From the human T2T-CHM13v2.0 reference genome, Homo sapiens, in the NCBI RefSeq assembly GCF_009914755.1, contig NC_060932.1: 64,000 nt of DNA; one strand, 5' to 3'. Shown piece by piece: positions 13,436-28,995 of the stretch (positions are counted from its first letter, which is position 1; every line of letters begins with the position of its first letter). The notes beneath the pieces are model-generated. The model saw only the letters and a list, made by a program, of their open reading frames with translations, was not told where the DNA came from and ran no database searches. The position numbers were made by a program, and so were the translations under genes.

Positions 13436-14569
13436 CTGCAGTGAAGCTCTTTGTACACAAGTCTACCAGCCAAATAATTTCTTTAGGAGAGCTTTTTAGA
13501 AGGTGAATAACTAGGTCAGAGTTAATCAACATTTTAAAGGTTCTTGACTTACATCGTCGACTAACGTTGTCAAATTGATTTATAGATGAGTTGTATTAGT
13601 TACACTCTGCCATCATTGCATGTGAGCACTTAAGTGGGGCCTTCTAAATCATATTTTGTAGTAAGTTCTGTTAAGATAATTGGTGCTGTCACTGCTTGGG
13701 CCATGGCTGTTTAGGAAGATACCAAGTAGAAAGCATTTATTTGGCAGGCTTGCAGCCTGTCACCGTTTATGAGTGCTTGATAATGGGAACAAAATGTGCC
13801 AAACTAGAAAACTGAAGGTTTGGTTTTCCATTTCCCGTCCTGGTGTTTGGTTGCCTTTCAAATAGAATTTGTTGTTCCTTGATACTGTTAAATGGGCAGA
13901 GAGCTTTCTTTGGCACTCAGCATAATGATCTAAACAGTAATAGGCACACTGCCAGAATAAATGCTTTTCAGAATTTGGAAAAGCTGTTGGAGAAGCACTT
14001 CTTTCTGGTTTTCTTCTGGGTTTTGCGAAGTTAATAAAAGATGTCATTAATGTCACTGGACATTACATTAATGTATAACCTCAGAGTTGCTGATTAACTT
14101 ATTATAGTGGCTAAAGTTGTCCATAGGCAGAAAGAAAAATAATTAACAATAATATATGCAGTCTTTGGATTTGCATTTGATAAAACCTGGAGTAGGATTA
14201 CAGAGCATTTCCCAGTGTTGCCCTGGGAAATGGTAAATGGTAAATGGTCAGATTTTTCTTTTTTAAGCCTTAGTACGTAAGAAAAGAGGGGGAGGGTAGA
14301 ATGAGCTCTTGGTTACCAGACTGGTTTCTGGAAGAAACCTCATGTTCTCTGAAATAATTCTTGATCAGTTACATGCTCAGATTGTCCTTATGCTTCTGCA
14401 GACCCAAATGTACCTACGTGTCATCTTTTTTTCCCAATCTCCATTTACTTCTTTGAGTTTTTGGGCGCGTGTGTATGCCGGGGTGGGTGAGAGGTGGCAT
14501 TAGAGACTGGAAGCTTGCTGTTTGAGATGATGATTTCATTGTTTGGACAAGGGGTCTGATAGAATGGAT

Positions 14570-14785
14570 ATAAAATGGGCTCTGCAGCTATTAGCTGTGA
14601 GGATTTGGGCAAGTTAGTCTACCTCTGCAGCACTTTGCACCTCTGAAAAGTTGACTAACACCACCTAGTAGGTAGCAGGGATGTTGGGAGGTGTGTATGA
14701 AGGTCAGTGGCAGTAAATGAAGTATTTGTGAAGCACCTTATTAAACTAGTGCCTGGCCAGTAGTAGGTGCCCAACAAATGTTAAT
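14570..14785 (+). mobile_element. MIR
   Basis: tagctgtgaggatttgggcaagtta...gtgcctggccagtagtaggtgcccaacaaatgtta. Confidence 0.7.
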
Positions 14786-15809
14786 TCCTTTCTTTTTCAT
14801 AAGGCTGTTTCCATCAGGAAAGAAACGTACATCTAGGAAAGAACGATGTACGTAAAATAACAGGTAGTGCTTTGTTGTTCTCATGCTTATTCCTGGAGAC
14901 AATATCATTATTTGTTTTTTTTGTTTCTCAGCATTTCTAGACATCAAATATCTTTCTCCACCCCCCAACCCTGTATCTCTTTTGCATTAAAAAGAAAGGT
15001 CAAAACTGAAGGGTTTTCTCTATCGAATTGTATTTATTAATTAAATACTCTTTGCAACTGGCTGATATTTGAAAGTTGCTGATTATATTTATGGACTCTT
15101 TTCTTTTACATTAAACATGTGGCACAGTGGTCTGACCTGTCTGAAAATATCTTCTTCTCAAACCAGTAATTATTACAGTTGCATTATACAGCACTGAACC
15201 CAAAGCATGATGGATTGTGGCAAGTAAACACATTCTGCTGCCATTAGTGGTTTGTTGTGGTTTGTAACTGCCCATGCTGGCTGTCATTGCCGTCAGATTG
15301 GGGTGTAGTAAGATGTTGTCATGGTGGCTATGGGAGAAAATGGAGGGAATTTTCTGCCCTTCGGAATCTGAAGCTAATTAGTCCCTGGAACTAAGTAGTA
15401 TAAAGCATAGACTTCAGATTCGTACTCTGAGTTTGCATTATTCTTTACTTTTCCTTTATGAACAGAGGAGGATATTCATGTCATGAGGGTATCATATCCT
15501 TATGATAGAGGATATTTGTGTGATGAGGGCATCAGCCTTAGGTGCCTGGTTCTGTCCCCTGCATGGCTTCCTCCTGTCCATCTGCCGTCTCTTGCAGGGC
15601 TGAACTTACTCTTCCAGATTTGGAGATACTTGGAGTGTTTGATGCTTGAATCCTGTCATGACCTGCTTATTCTCTCTCCCTATCTAGGGCTGTTGGGACT
15701 GTCTGTTTCTGGGCCTGGACAGGACATTTTTAGATATGTTTAGAGCATAAATGAAGAATTCCCATTGGTTTTGATGTAAGATGACTTTGAATGTTCACTA
15801 TTTTTGGAA

Positions 15810-16790
15810 GACAGGATAGCATGGTGATGAAGATGAGGCCTCTGGAATTGGACCGCTTAGGTTTGGGTCTGTCTTATCCCTGTGGCTTACTAGCTGTATG
15901 TCCTGGGGGAAGTAATTTAACCCCTCACTACCTACATTTCCTCAGTAAATTAGAGGTAAAATGTGGAATAGGTAAAAATAACCACCACAAAGAGTTAATG
16001 TGAAGTAATATGCTAACATATGTAAAGCATTGAGAAATAAAAATAAAATCCTAAGCCACCCAACTGACTGGGTAGACCCCTCTTGGCCAACGGGACCCCA
16101 GAAAAACTTTAAAAACTAAGTTTCCCAGCCAAGATAAGATGGAAGGCTGATCACGCCTTAGTACACTCCCTTCCTCACCATCGCTAGACCTTCTTCCCTA
16201 AGAGTTAAACAGGAACCAGCCCTGGAAAATGAAGAATGGAAGACTTTGGCTGACCCACTGCCTGACACCTGGGCTAGGCCCCTCCTCTCCGCCGGCTGTG
16301 CCTGGCAGCCACCTGGTTGTGGTTACAGAGCTTGCCTCCTGAGACCTGACCATTGCCATGAACTGGCTCTGGCCAGTTTCCAGCGGTTGCTCACAACCCG
16401 CCTCTGTGTCTAAAACTTCACCTTTGGACATTTAGAGCCTAATTTTACTGCATTTTAATGTTAACTCTCTACTGCAAAGTGAACATGGCATTTATGTAAC
16501 ATGTATGTTTGCTCATTACACATATGTGACTCCCCTTTCATGAATATTCACAGCTCCTCCTATAAGCTGTTAAATATGTATGTTTGGCCAACTTGCTTAG
16601 CATATTTAAAACTTCTGTTCTCCCCTTTCTTCCTCAAAGTCCTGCTTTAGATTTCAGCCAGAGGCTCAGCCTGCAGGTTGCAACCCTTAGAAAGTTCTCC
16701 TTTCCAAATTTATATATTTTAAGTTGACAATATTTATTGCCTGGGAGGTAGTAACATTTATTAAATGCTAGCTATTATTATTATTATTTT
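15810..16790 (+). mobile_element. MIR split by an ERV1 LTR (MIR parts ~15810-16030 and ~16730-16790)
   Basis: MIR consensus runs to tgtaaagcat and resumes with tgcctggg...taaatgctagctattatt. Confidence 0.65.
16031..16729 (+). mobile_element. ERV1-class solo LTR (MER72-like; family from memory)
   Basis: tgagaaataaaaataaaatcctaagcc...ttaagttgaca, TG...CA termini, ~700 bp. Confidence 0.7.
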
Positions 16791-16794
16791 ATAG

Positions 16795-17380
16795 ATGCTA
16801 TTTGTCGAGTGCTGTGCCAACTGTGGAGCACACGAAGATAAGAAATAGCTCCTGACATCAGAAACGCAGTTGACCAGGATGTGTACAGTGGCACTGTATA
16901 CAGTGTGATAAATGCTGTGTACAGAAAAAACCCTCTCTCTCCATCTCAATTATCCTTCTTACTCAGTTCAGTTTTCTTCAGTGCGCTCCTTTGCCATCTG
17001 ACACATGATCCATTTATCATGTCTGTCCCCACTACAATATCAACTCTGTGTAAACAGCACTTTGTTTATTGCTATATCCCAGCACCTACAGCAGTGACTG
17101 ACATGAAGGAGACATTCAATGAAAGATATTGAATGAATGAATATTGAAAGTGCTCTGGGAAGAGAAAACAATAAATTAATGTGGATGAGACAAGAAAAAT
17201 TACACAGAATGGTAGTTTTTAAGTTGGGCCTTACAGGATGAGTAAGAGTTTGCCAGGTATCTACACGGTAGAGAAGGACATTTCAGCCAGAAGAGCCAAG
17301 GTTTAGAGATAAAGTATGACGGTCTATGGCATGAGTGAGGGGAACCAGTCACACATGTTGTCACATCAGATCATTTGAGG
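16795..17380. mobile_element. L2 fragments (minus-strand L2 interrupted by a plus-strand L2 3' end)
   Basis: atcccagcacctacagcagtgactgacat...gaatgaatgaa at ~17075-17141. Confidence 0.55.
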
Positions 17381-17704
17381 GCCAGTTTTCCTGGATATTC
17401 ATTTTTCCATTTGATTACTTTTTGTCAATCCCGTGTTCTCATCTAAGTTCTTGCTTATTGCAGGAATTTTTTTATATGATAGTTTATTTTTCTGTGTGAA
17501 GTTAATTTGCAAAATACCAGCTATTCCTGAGTGATATAATCACGCACAAATAGGACTAAATAATGATGATAAAGATAAGGGTGATGACGGTGATGATGGC
17601 ATTTGCAAAGTCCTTCACAGGCCTTCACCCAAGCATTTTCACCTGTTACTTCATTTTAGCATCCTAGTAACACTATGAGGTATGCAGGATTGATTGGCAT
17701 TTCA

Positions 17705-17708
<4 letters not shown>

Positions 17709-17737
<29 letters not shown>
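17709..17737. repeat. (TA)n microsatellite
   Basis: Direct. Confidence 0.95.
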
Positions 17738-17740
<3 letters not shown>

Positions 17741-18084
17741 ATTTTTCTAGAGCCTCAAAATATAATGTTTACAAAGATACACCAGGCAAGAATCCTTTTA
17801 ATACTACCAAGGGCCTTAGCTCCCGTCTGGTGTCTTTGTTGTTGACTTGTGTTAGGCAGTAAAGCAGTCTGGACCAGAGGGCACAGAGCAGCATGCCAGA
17901 GACTCCATTTGGGTTCCCAGTCAGCTTTCTGAGAGTGGCCGTATGCCCAGTCATGAGGCACTCCTGGACTCATCCTCTTCATGTGGTCTAATGGTTTGAG
18001 AAGCGAAGTAGAAGAGGTCAGTGAGACAGGGGGTGATGAGGTGAGTCTCTTTCCAGTACATTTCTAATCACTTATTTTTCTCTT

Positions 18085-18500
18085 TAAAGGTATCATTTTT
18101 TTCTCTAGAATGGAAGCTCTATGAAGGAAGGGTTTTTGTATTACTCACTTTTGATTCCAGATAGTCAAAACAGTACTTGACATGTAGAAAATAGCAAACA
18201 TTTTGGATGAATGGATGCTAAATAGGTGGTAGCTCAGTTTGTCTACAAGTAGTAGTACGTTTTGCCCTAGGGCTCATCTGAGCTCCAGTTCTTGGATAAA
18301 GGGGAGATGAGGGAAATTTACACACAGCCCAGAGATTAGAGGTTTGCTAGTAGGAAAAACAGATGCTATCTTCATTTTCTAAGTGAAAAGACTGAGACTT
18401 AGAGAGGTTAAATAACTTGCCCAGGGTTATATGACAGGTTAAGTGGAAGAACTATTTTCAATCCCAGGTGTCTGATATCCAGTTGAATGGCTTCCTCAGC
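18085..18500. mobile_element. L2 3' end (+) and MIR (-)
   Basis: tagaatggaagctctatgaaggaaggg; actgagacttagagaggttaaataacttgcccagggt. Confidence 0.65.
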
Positions 18501-21189
18501 TTCATTAGAAAGGATTACTAATATTTGTTTATATGGAATCTATGCATATTTAGATATGTATGTCTTGTGTTTTGTCTCCCAGATGTTTTCAGCATATTAA
18601 CACAGTTTGAATAATATTCCTTGGTGTTGTGTACATTCATTAAAAATTGACATGCTTAATTGTGACAGAAATTGATGTGGAGAAATATTGTTATCAGATA
18701 AGATCAAACATGAAGCATACTGCACACAAATACTTATTTTAAAACAATATATCTGATGAAAGATACGTGTTTAAAAGACCCTTGTCTTTTATTTTCTTAA
18801 AGAGGATGGTTTGAGCTAATGTTTGGACAAAATTATTTTTCTCTCCTATCAGGTATTTTGACCATAAACCTTTAGACCTATTTAAAACAAATTTTCTTCC
18901 TTTATTCTTTCCTTTATATTTCTTTAATTTTTCTCAGCATTCTATATCTTTTAAATGTCATATATTCATTGTCTAAGTATATTTGTTATTTGACACCATT
19001 TGTATTTAACATTACATGTAACACACGCTTCTTATGTTTGCTAGGCTGTAGTATTTGTCACAAAAAGAAAGATATTTTAACAGCTCAATAAATGAAAGAA
19101 ACGTGGTTCCTCCTGCAACCTATCATGTATACCTGGTAAAGCTACTTATTTAGTAAGTAGCTTAGAGGTGCTGCTGGTTCCCAGGAGGGCCATTCTTGTG
19201 TCTCTTTCTGCTCATTGTTGGTTTCCTAGCACATGGTGGGCTTTAAATGTCTGTGAAATAAGTGAATTTATTAAATACCTACTATAGCAGATACTGAACT
19301 CTGGGCTAGATAGAGGAGAGGAGGGGAATAAAGATGATATTCTGCTTTCAAGATGTACATAGACATGAAAAATACATTAAGAGAATAAGGTGTTACCATG
19401 GTGATCCTATCATGGTGGAAGCGTGCCCCAAGCATGGGGAGAGCCCTTGGAGAACACAAGTCATGGATATGTTTGGAGGGAGTTTTCACAGGAATGGTAC
19501 ATTTGAGATTGTGTTGAAAGTGTAAATGGGATGGAAGGAGAAAAGGGAGACAGGATAATAGCACATACAAAGTCCTGGAGCCTCGATAGTCCATGGTGGA
19601 TTTCACAATGGTGAAGAGTTATGGGTGGATGGCTGCTGTAAGGAAGGGAGAGAGGATGAGCGAGAACGTTCAATGTGACTAATTCCACCTGGGTATCTGT
19701 ACTGATTAATGGAATGTGGACATTGCTCTAAAAGCAAGCAGAGTAATCTTTGTAACTCTGTTGGATTTAAGGGATTGTTCATAAGATGATTAGATCTTGT
19801 TACACAGAAGTGCTTCAAAAATTATATCAAATCATTGTTAAAAATTTTAATTTTAATGTGTTTTATTGTTTTCACAAATTGGTGCTGTGTGTGCATGTGC
19901 ATAGGTGCATATGTCTATATACATGTGTATGTATAAGTGTGTATGTGGGACATCAGTATTCAGAAAACATCTCTATATAGTATACAAGTATGTTTATATG
20001 TAAAATTGCATATATAGTTATATGTAAAATTACGTATTTTATATAGTTAGATCGATTTGATTTTAACTGGTACATGTGCTGATACTGATCATGCTTTGCT
20101 TAAAGGAAGATTACTACCGTATTGATTTCAGAAACAGAACTAAGCGGGGAATGAATTTTTTAGGTCTTTGGGTTGTTATTGCCAAATTATTGAATAAGTA
20201 GCATTGTCAGGTATACGTGATAAGTTGCAGGAGGAACCATATTTATTTCATTTACTGGGATGTTAAAATAACTGTCTTATTGTGAATAGATACTGCAGCC
20301 TGGAGAGACAAAAAGTTTGCAGACCGACTTCAGATTCAGCTTATTAGGAGAAACACTTAAAAAAAAATTTATGCTCTTATGCGTACTGGTGTTTGGATTC
20401 AGCATCTAGAGATTAGAGAAAGTTAAGGATAACAATTCTCAGTGGAGTTCCAGGCATCCTTTTGAAAAATTATGTCATCCTTAACAACAGGGTGGGTTGA
20501 GAAATAGACCAATATGAGGAAGCAAGCCTACTGATATTCATAGTATAGACTTCATATTTGATCAGGAGTCTGGCTGTTACCAGAAGCATAGAAAGAGTAG
20601 ATGTACAATTTGCAGCTACTAAACAGCATCCATGATTTGAATACAATATGGCATTGTAACTTAAGGAAAAGGGGCTTGATACTTACTGTAGTCAGCATCA
20701 AGGTAGTTCCTGCCTTGCTTAATAAGTGATGCTTATGCTTAATAAACATTTTCTGAATGGCTGTTAAATGTTTGTTCCCAGCTAAGCCTGAGTTCTTAAC
20801 CCAGCACTGCTAATTATTAGTTGTGCAATGTTGGTTACTTTTTTAAGCCTTCTGTATTTTTCTGAAAAATAAAGGAACTATTGTGTGTAAAAGCCCAGTA
20901 ATGTACCTGCTTTTAGTGAATGACCATCCAGTAAATGGCAGCAGCTGTTAGTGTGATTAATATTTTTAAATTATTGTCAAATTTTAGCTAGTAATATATT
21001 TAGAGAATTTCTTTTTTCTTTTTTGGTAATTCTGTCCAATGCCTTCCCCAACTCCTTTCAAAGTTTGCCTTACTAGCTAGACTCTAAACCCCAAGAGGAC
21101 AGTGCCTGTTTTTTTGTTTGGTTTTGTTCTAAATTTACCACCGTATCTGTCATGGTGCTGGACAGATAATGTGTGTGTGGTAAGATAAT

Positions 21190-22104
21190 GTGTGTCTGGC
21201 CTAGACTTAATATGTGTGTATTTGTACTAGTTTTTAACAAAAATAGTTTAAAAAGTAAAGCTATTGGCCAGGCACGGTGGCTCACGCCTGTAATCCCAGC
21301 ACTTTGGGAGGCCGAGGTGGGTGGATCACGAGGTCAAGAGATCGAGACCTTCCTGGCCAATATAGTGAAACCCTGTCTCTACTAAAAATACAAAAATTAG
21401 CTGGAAGTGGTGGCACACAGCTGTAGTCCCAGCTACTCAGGAGGCTGAGGCAGGAGAATCGCTTGAACTCAAAAGGTAGAGGTTGCAGTGACCCGAGATT
21501 GCGCCACTGCACTCTATCTGGCCTGGCGACAGAGCGAGACTCCATCTCAAAACAACAACAACAAAAAGTAAAACTAGAGTCAAAAAGTTAAAAAACAAAA
21601 GTTTATAAAGTAAAAAAGTTATAGTAAGGTAATATGAATTATTTATTGAAGAAAAAATATTTCTTAATAATTCAGTGTAGCCTAAGTATACAGTGTTTGA
21701 TAAAGTCTACAGTAGTGTGCAGTGATGTCCTAGGCCTTCACACTCACTCACTCTTCAGAGCAACTTCCGCTCCTACAAGCTCCATTCATGGTAAGTGCCT
21801 TATACAGGTGTTCTGTTTTTTATCTTTTATAGCATATTTTTACTGTTCCTTTTCCTTTTTGGCTAGATTTAGATACACAAATACCATTGTGTTACAGTTG
21901 TCTAGAGCATTCGGTACAGTAACATGCCACATGCCATACAGGTTTGTAGTTTAGGAATAAAAGCCTACACCATGTAGCCTAGGTGTGTAGTGGACTGTAC
22001 CCCTAGGTGTGTGTAAGTGCACTCCATGATGTTCCCACAGAAACAAAATTGCCTAATGATGCATTTCTCAGGACAGATCCCCATCATGAAGTGACACCTG
22101 ACTG
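21190..22104 (+). mobile_element. Tigger3b-like TcMar DNA transposon, interrupted by an Alu
   Basis: gtgtagcctaagtatacagtg, gagcaacttcc, gcctaatgatgcatttctcag...gacacctgactg terminal repeat. Confidence 0.85.
21266..21563 (+). mobile_element. AluSc-like
   Basis: ggccaggcacggtgg...gtcaagagatcgagacc. TSD aaaagtaaa(g/a)cta. Confidence 0.92.
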
Positions 22105-23536
22105 TTTATGTTACCAGTGTGGATCTTCCCTTGCCTCCCCTTCCTCTCTAGTGGCTTTTAGAATTGCTTGCTTTTCACAATACTCTAGTGATGAGAAGTG
22201 ATTGATCCCTAGTTCCTGGTCATCAGCCTAAGAACACATCCCCTTTTTTCTCCTGTCTCCCTACCTCTTACCTGGCAGGGAGAAGCTCCTGCCATTCCCA
22301 TCTTAATAGTGTCAAAGTCACTTTTTTAGGTTTATAGGCTGCCTGTACATATTGAAGGTTAGAGCCAGTTTTTGTCCTCAAGTTTAAAACTCAGTAGGGA
22401 CTAAAGTGTGGACAGTTGGTTATCAATATTAATACCTGTATCTTCAGAGTTAATATACCTTTTCAGATAATAGTAATAAATGAAAATAATATGACTTATT
22501 AAAAATCAAATGGGAAGTTTCTCTTTTTGTTTTAACCAAAGTTGTGTTTGTTTCTGAAGCCCCCATCTGTAGGTAGTGTAGAATATGAATCACAAGACCA
22601 ATTTCTGATTTTTTATGATTAAAGGGATAAGACAAAGCTTAGATAATACAGAAGAGAGGATAATAGCTTGAATGTGGAGTCAGTGGGCAGCATGCTGATA
22701 AAGTGTTCCTGGCCAAATGAACCTGCTCTGTGGAAAGAATTTGTACTCTGTATTGTGTGCTCCATTTAAAAATTGGTAATACATGTAATTCAGAAATCAG
22801 GAATTTTTATGTTGGCATTATTAAACATTACTTGTCAGAGATATGGGTGTTTCTTTGCGTTTCTTTGGTAGTCACAGACTTAGGTATCTGTTTCATTCTG
22901 TTGCTGAAAATGTGACTTCAGCCTTAATTTATGTATATTTTTCTCCTTTAATTTTAAGAATGCTTTTTCTGCATTGATGCTTTCTTATTTTGTACTGATG
23001 GTATTGCTCTCCTCTGCCTCATTTCTCCAAATAATTGTGAACTTTGGAGTTGGGTTTTTTTGTATGTGTTTCTATGCCTGTCTGTATCTCTTTCACCTTT
23101 CTTGAGAGGAAGATGAATAGAAAGATAGAATATCTTCAGTTACTTTTCATGTCCCTAGATAATTGTGAGGTATCTATTTTTGTGTATGTGGCACTTTACT
23201 TCTCCAACCACTGTTAGGTACCTAAGGAGGGAAATTCTTTAGGTTTTAGGAACAACCAAAACAGCCCCCACACCAAAAAAAAGGAAAGAAAAAAAAAATG
23301 AACTGGAACTCATGCATTCAGTTAGCTTTATTCCATTTAGGTAAATACTTAGGGCGGGATAAAGGTAAACAATTCTACTGTGTGTATGTATGTGTGTATA
23401 CATTTAATTTTAAACTACATGCAAGAAAACTGCCCTGGTTTACAAAGCTAAGGACCAGAGAGCCCCAGGAGAGAAGAAGGGGCAGTGGTTTTCTTGGTTG
23501 GAGAAGAGAGTTGACATTCATATTCATAGATTAGCG

Positions 23537-23990
23537 CAGTGGTTCTCAGTGTGTCATTCAGGAAGCCCTGGAGGTTCCTGAGACTCTCACAGGGGGTCTT
23601 CAAGGTCCAAATGATGTTTTATAATAAGACAACGTTGTTTTAGCCTTTTTTTACTATGTTAACATTTTTACTTATAATTCAGAAGCAATGGTAGGTAAAA
23701 CCTAAGCCTCTTAGCAGAAATTAAGGCAGTGACAAATTAAGGCAGTGGCACCAAACAGTACTGGTAGTAATTTTCTTTTTCACTGCCTGGTGCCAACTTC
23801 TTTTTTTTTTTTTTTAAGCCAATTTTACTTAAGAATGTTCCTTGATGGAGCAATAGAAATGATTAATGTTATTTAATGTTGTTCTTTGAGTACCTTTTTA
23901 AAGAAAAATATTTGTTTGTGACAAAAAGAGAAGTCCATATGTATTACTTCTTGTGGATACCATAGTACTAGATAGTTGTCTCAAGGAAGG
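23537..23990 (+). mobile_element. Charlie1a-like hAT fragment
   Basis: cagtggttctca terminal repeat; aagcaatggtaggtaaaac; aaggcagtggcaccaaac. Contains a 16-bp tandem duplication at 23718-23749. Confidence 0.75.
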
Positions 23991-24369
23991 TATCAAATAG
24001 AATGCTGATAATTGTTTGGCAAAATTCAGGGATCCCTATGATCCAGTAATATGAGATAATGGATATGAAAGTACTTTAGGTAGTAGATTATTAGGATTAT
24101 TAGCACTAGATACGTGGATTGTAGTACTTAGCTTTGCTTTGTATTTTTTTAGCTGAACTTTGTGTATCTTAAAATGCATTTCACATTTACTTGATGACAG
24201 TAATTCAAATACTTGTATATCTGTGGAACTAATCAAGATAGAGACAGCTTTATGTCTGGAGAAAGATGTAAGATATATTAAAGAAATTGGGAAGCAAAAA
24301 AGGAATATTGAGATATATGTTCTACTTCCAAATTAATCTGCATATGGTGAGGATCAAAATTCATTAGTT

Positions 24370-24402
24370 TACATATATATATACATATATATATATATAT
24401 AT
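24370..24402. repeat. (TA)n / (TA-CA) microsatellite
   Basis: Direct. Confidence 0.9.
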
Positions 24403-24409
24403 TTCCTCT

Positions 24410-26445
<2,036 letters not shown>

Positions 26446-26459
26446 CTCCTCCTTTTGTT

Positions 26460-27270
26460 TCTTGAGCCTGATTTACTAGTTTCTTCAGTTGTCAGCTTAG
26501 ATCATTGAACTGAACCATTTGTATCAATGCAGGATCCTGAGCAAGCTGGTTTTCTGCCCTTCCTCCAGAGGCAGATAACCTTTAGTGTTGGTGCTGTATG
26601 TGTGTGTAGGCTAAATCTTCCATAGTGGGTTCAAGAGAATGTCTTCTCATCCCCTCCACCATCGCCATTCTCTCACCCAGGTGACCTATGGCTTTGGTTC
26701 CAACCCTTTGGCTGGAAGCTGTGGGGAACCTGTGGAGGTGGAGGAAGGCATTGATTGTGAGGGTTACTGACCTTGCCCTGGGGGTAGATGGTTTTTGCTT
26801 TGATTGAGAGTCTGTGATAATGCAAGCAGAGTTTGTTGTTGTTGTTTATCTAATCTCCACTTGTACCACCTGGAGGAGCTCTCTTAAGTACCCTTTCTTC
26901 TCCCCTAGTCGTGCTTGTGAGCATCTAAGTGGAATTCTGTGGAAAATGTTGGAGAATGAGTGTTTTCTCCCAGGTGTTTTAAACTATTACAGGAGCCCAC
27001 ATTTAGCCTCTGACGATTTGATAAGATTTTGATTGTTTTCTTCCTGCTTTCTTTTGTAGCTGCCACTTCTGTGTTCTGCCAAAGGTGAAGCATTTCTTGG
27101 GTCTCATCTCTCTTTGGAGGGGCTTTAGAATTCCACTCACCTGTTTTTGTGACCGTAACTCTCTGATGAGCTCAAAAATTATTTTGTCAATTATCCAACT
27201 TTTTGTCATTATTATGGGGCAAGCTATGTTCTCTTGCTGTTTTCTAAATCCTAAGTAGAAGTTGAATCTC
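26460..27270 (-). mobile_element. Probable old L1M 5' end
   Basis: ctctctgatgagctcaaaaatt...tccaactttttgtcatt...tagaagttgaa resembles ancient L1 5' UTR termini. Confidence 0.45.
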
Positions 27271-28070
27271 AGCCTGCCAGGCTTTTAAATGCAAGCAGTT
27301 AATTACCTTTAGGACTTAGAGGAATAGCTGAATTAGAGGTAGGGGAAATATATCATGACAAGAATTAATTATATCAGGCAGAACATGATATCAGTGAGAA
27401 GACGATATTTTCTTCTTCCAGAATTTGTGCCAGTAAACAGCACTTTTACTCCCACTTCACCCTAGTGTCTGTTGGTCCTTTGCAACTTCTTATTTCACTT
27501 ATCATATTCCACCATGATTTTTTTCTTTACAAGTTTGTTGAAGCTACCAAAATCTGAATTCCTAAAGGTTAGGGGCTTATTTTAATCATTGTTTCCCTAG
27601 CTGCAGTTTAGTGCCAGGTCTATGGGCCATCACTGGATGGATAGGTAGATAATTGGAGTGAGAAGAGTGGTGAAGAGTGGAGAAGAGTTGTGTAGGAAGA
27701 GCCGATCTTGGCCTCTCTGGAGGTAATTAGAGAATTGGGGGAATGAATCTCTGAGATGGAAGTAGTTACTTGGGTTTTAAGTGTAGATATGTGGCACTTT
27801 TAATATTTTAGAAAGTGTAGTTTAAGCAAGTAAATATTACTTTTGAAATGCAAATATGTGCTACAGAGATATGTATTCCCTTCTAGGGAAGTAAAAGTAG
27901 ACTCTGCAGATGAGCCAAGGGCTGTGTGAGATAGAGCACACTGAATCCTTGAGCTGAGGGGTGCATTTAACTACAGCTAGAGAGATATATGGGCATGGAT
28001 CTAGTATGAGAAAGCAGAAGTAGGAAGGAAAACTGTAGAGAGAGGGAAAGGTCATGCAAAAAAAAAATAG

Positions 28071-28431
<361 letters not shown>

Positions 28432-28539
28432 TGAAAAAAAAAAAGTCTGTAAATATCCACTAGGCTGAACATGAAGGAGGCTACTTAATAGGCAGGTGGC
28501 TGCCTTGGCAGTTTCTTAACTTAAATTTCCATGTCCTGA

Positions 28540-28995
28540 TGTATATATTTTATTTATTGCTATGTGATCAACTACCTCAAACAAAGTGGTTTAAAACAGT
28601 GTGGTGTTAACCCAACTGGGCCAGACACTCAGCATGGCTCATCCCATGGCTGCTGGTCGGCTGGTGGTCAGTGGCTGGGAACTCAGCTGGGAGCTTAGCT
28701 GGAGTTCTTGGCCAACTAGCTTGCCTGTTGCTTGCCCGTAGCTTGCCCATAGCCTTATCATGGCTTGGGCTTCTTAGAACACAGTTCACAGAGGGACTGT
28801 TGCAAGGGTGAGCAATCAAGAGGCTAAGACAGGATCGAAATGCATCTTATGACCTAGACAAGGAAGCCCCAGAATGCTACTTCTGCCACATTCTTTTGGT
28901 TCAGTCAGTCAGTAAAGTGAGTCCAGACTGAAGAGGAAGTGAATTAGACACCTCTGTCCTTGGAAGGAGTAAGAGAGGGAAGTTGGGACCATCGT
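28540..28995 (-). mobile_element. MLT1 (F/G/H-like) solo LTR
   Basis: agtggtttaaaaca, ggcttgggcttct, cttatgacctag...acttctgccacattct. Confidence 0.7.

Noticed and set aside
27030-27090. 25-nt exon-like motif (cttttgtag|...AAG|gtgaag)
   Set aside because: Lies in probable antisense L1, where pyrimidine tracts are common, and the donor is weak.
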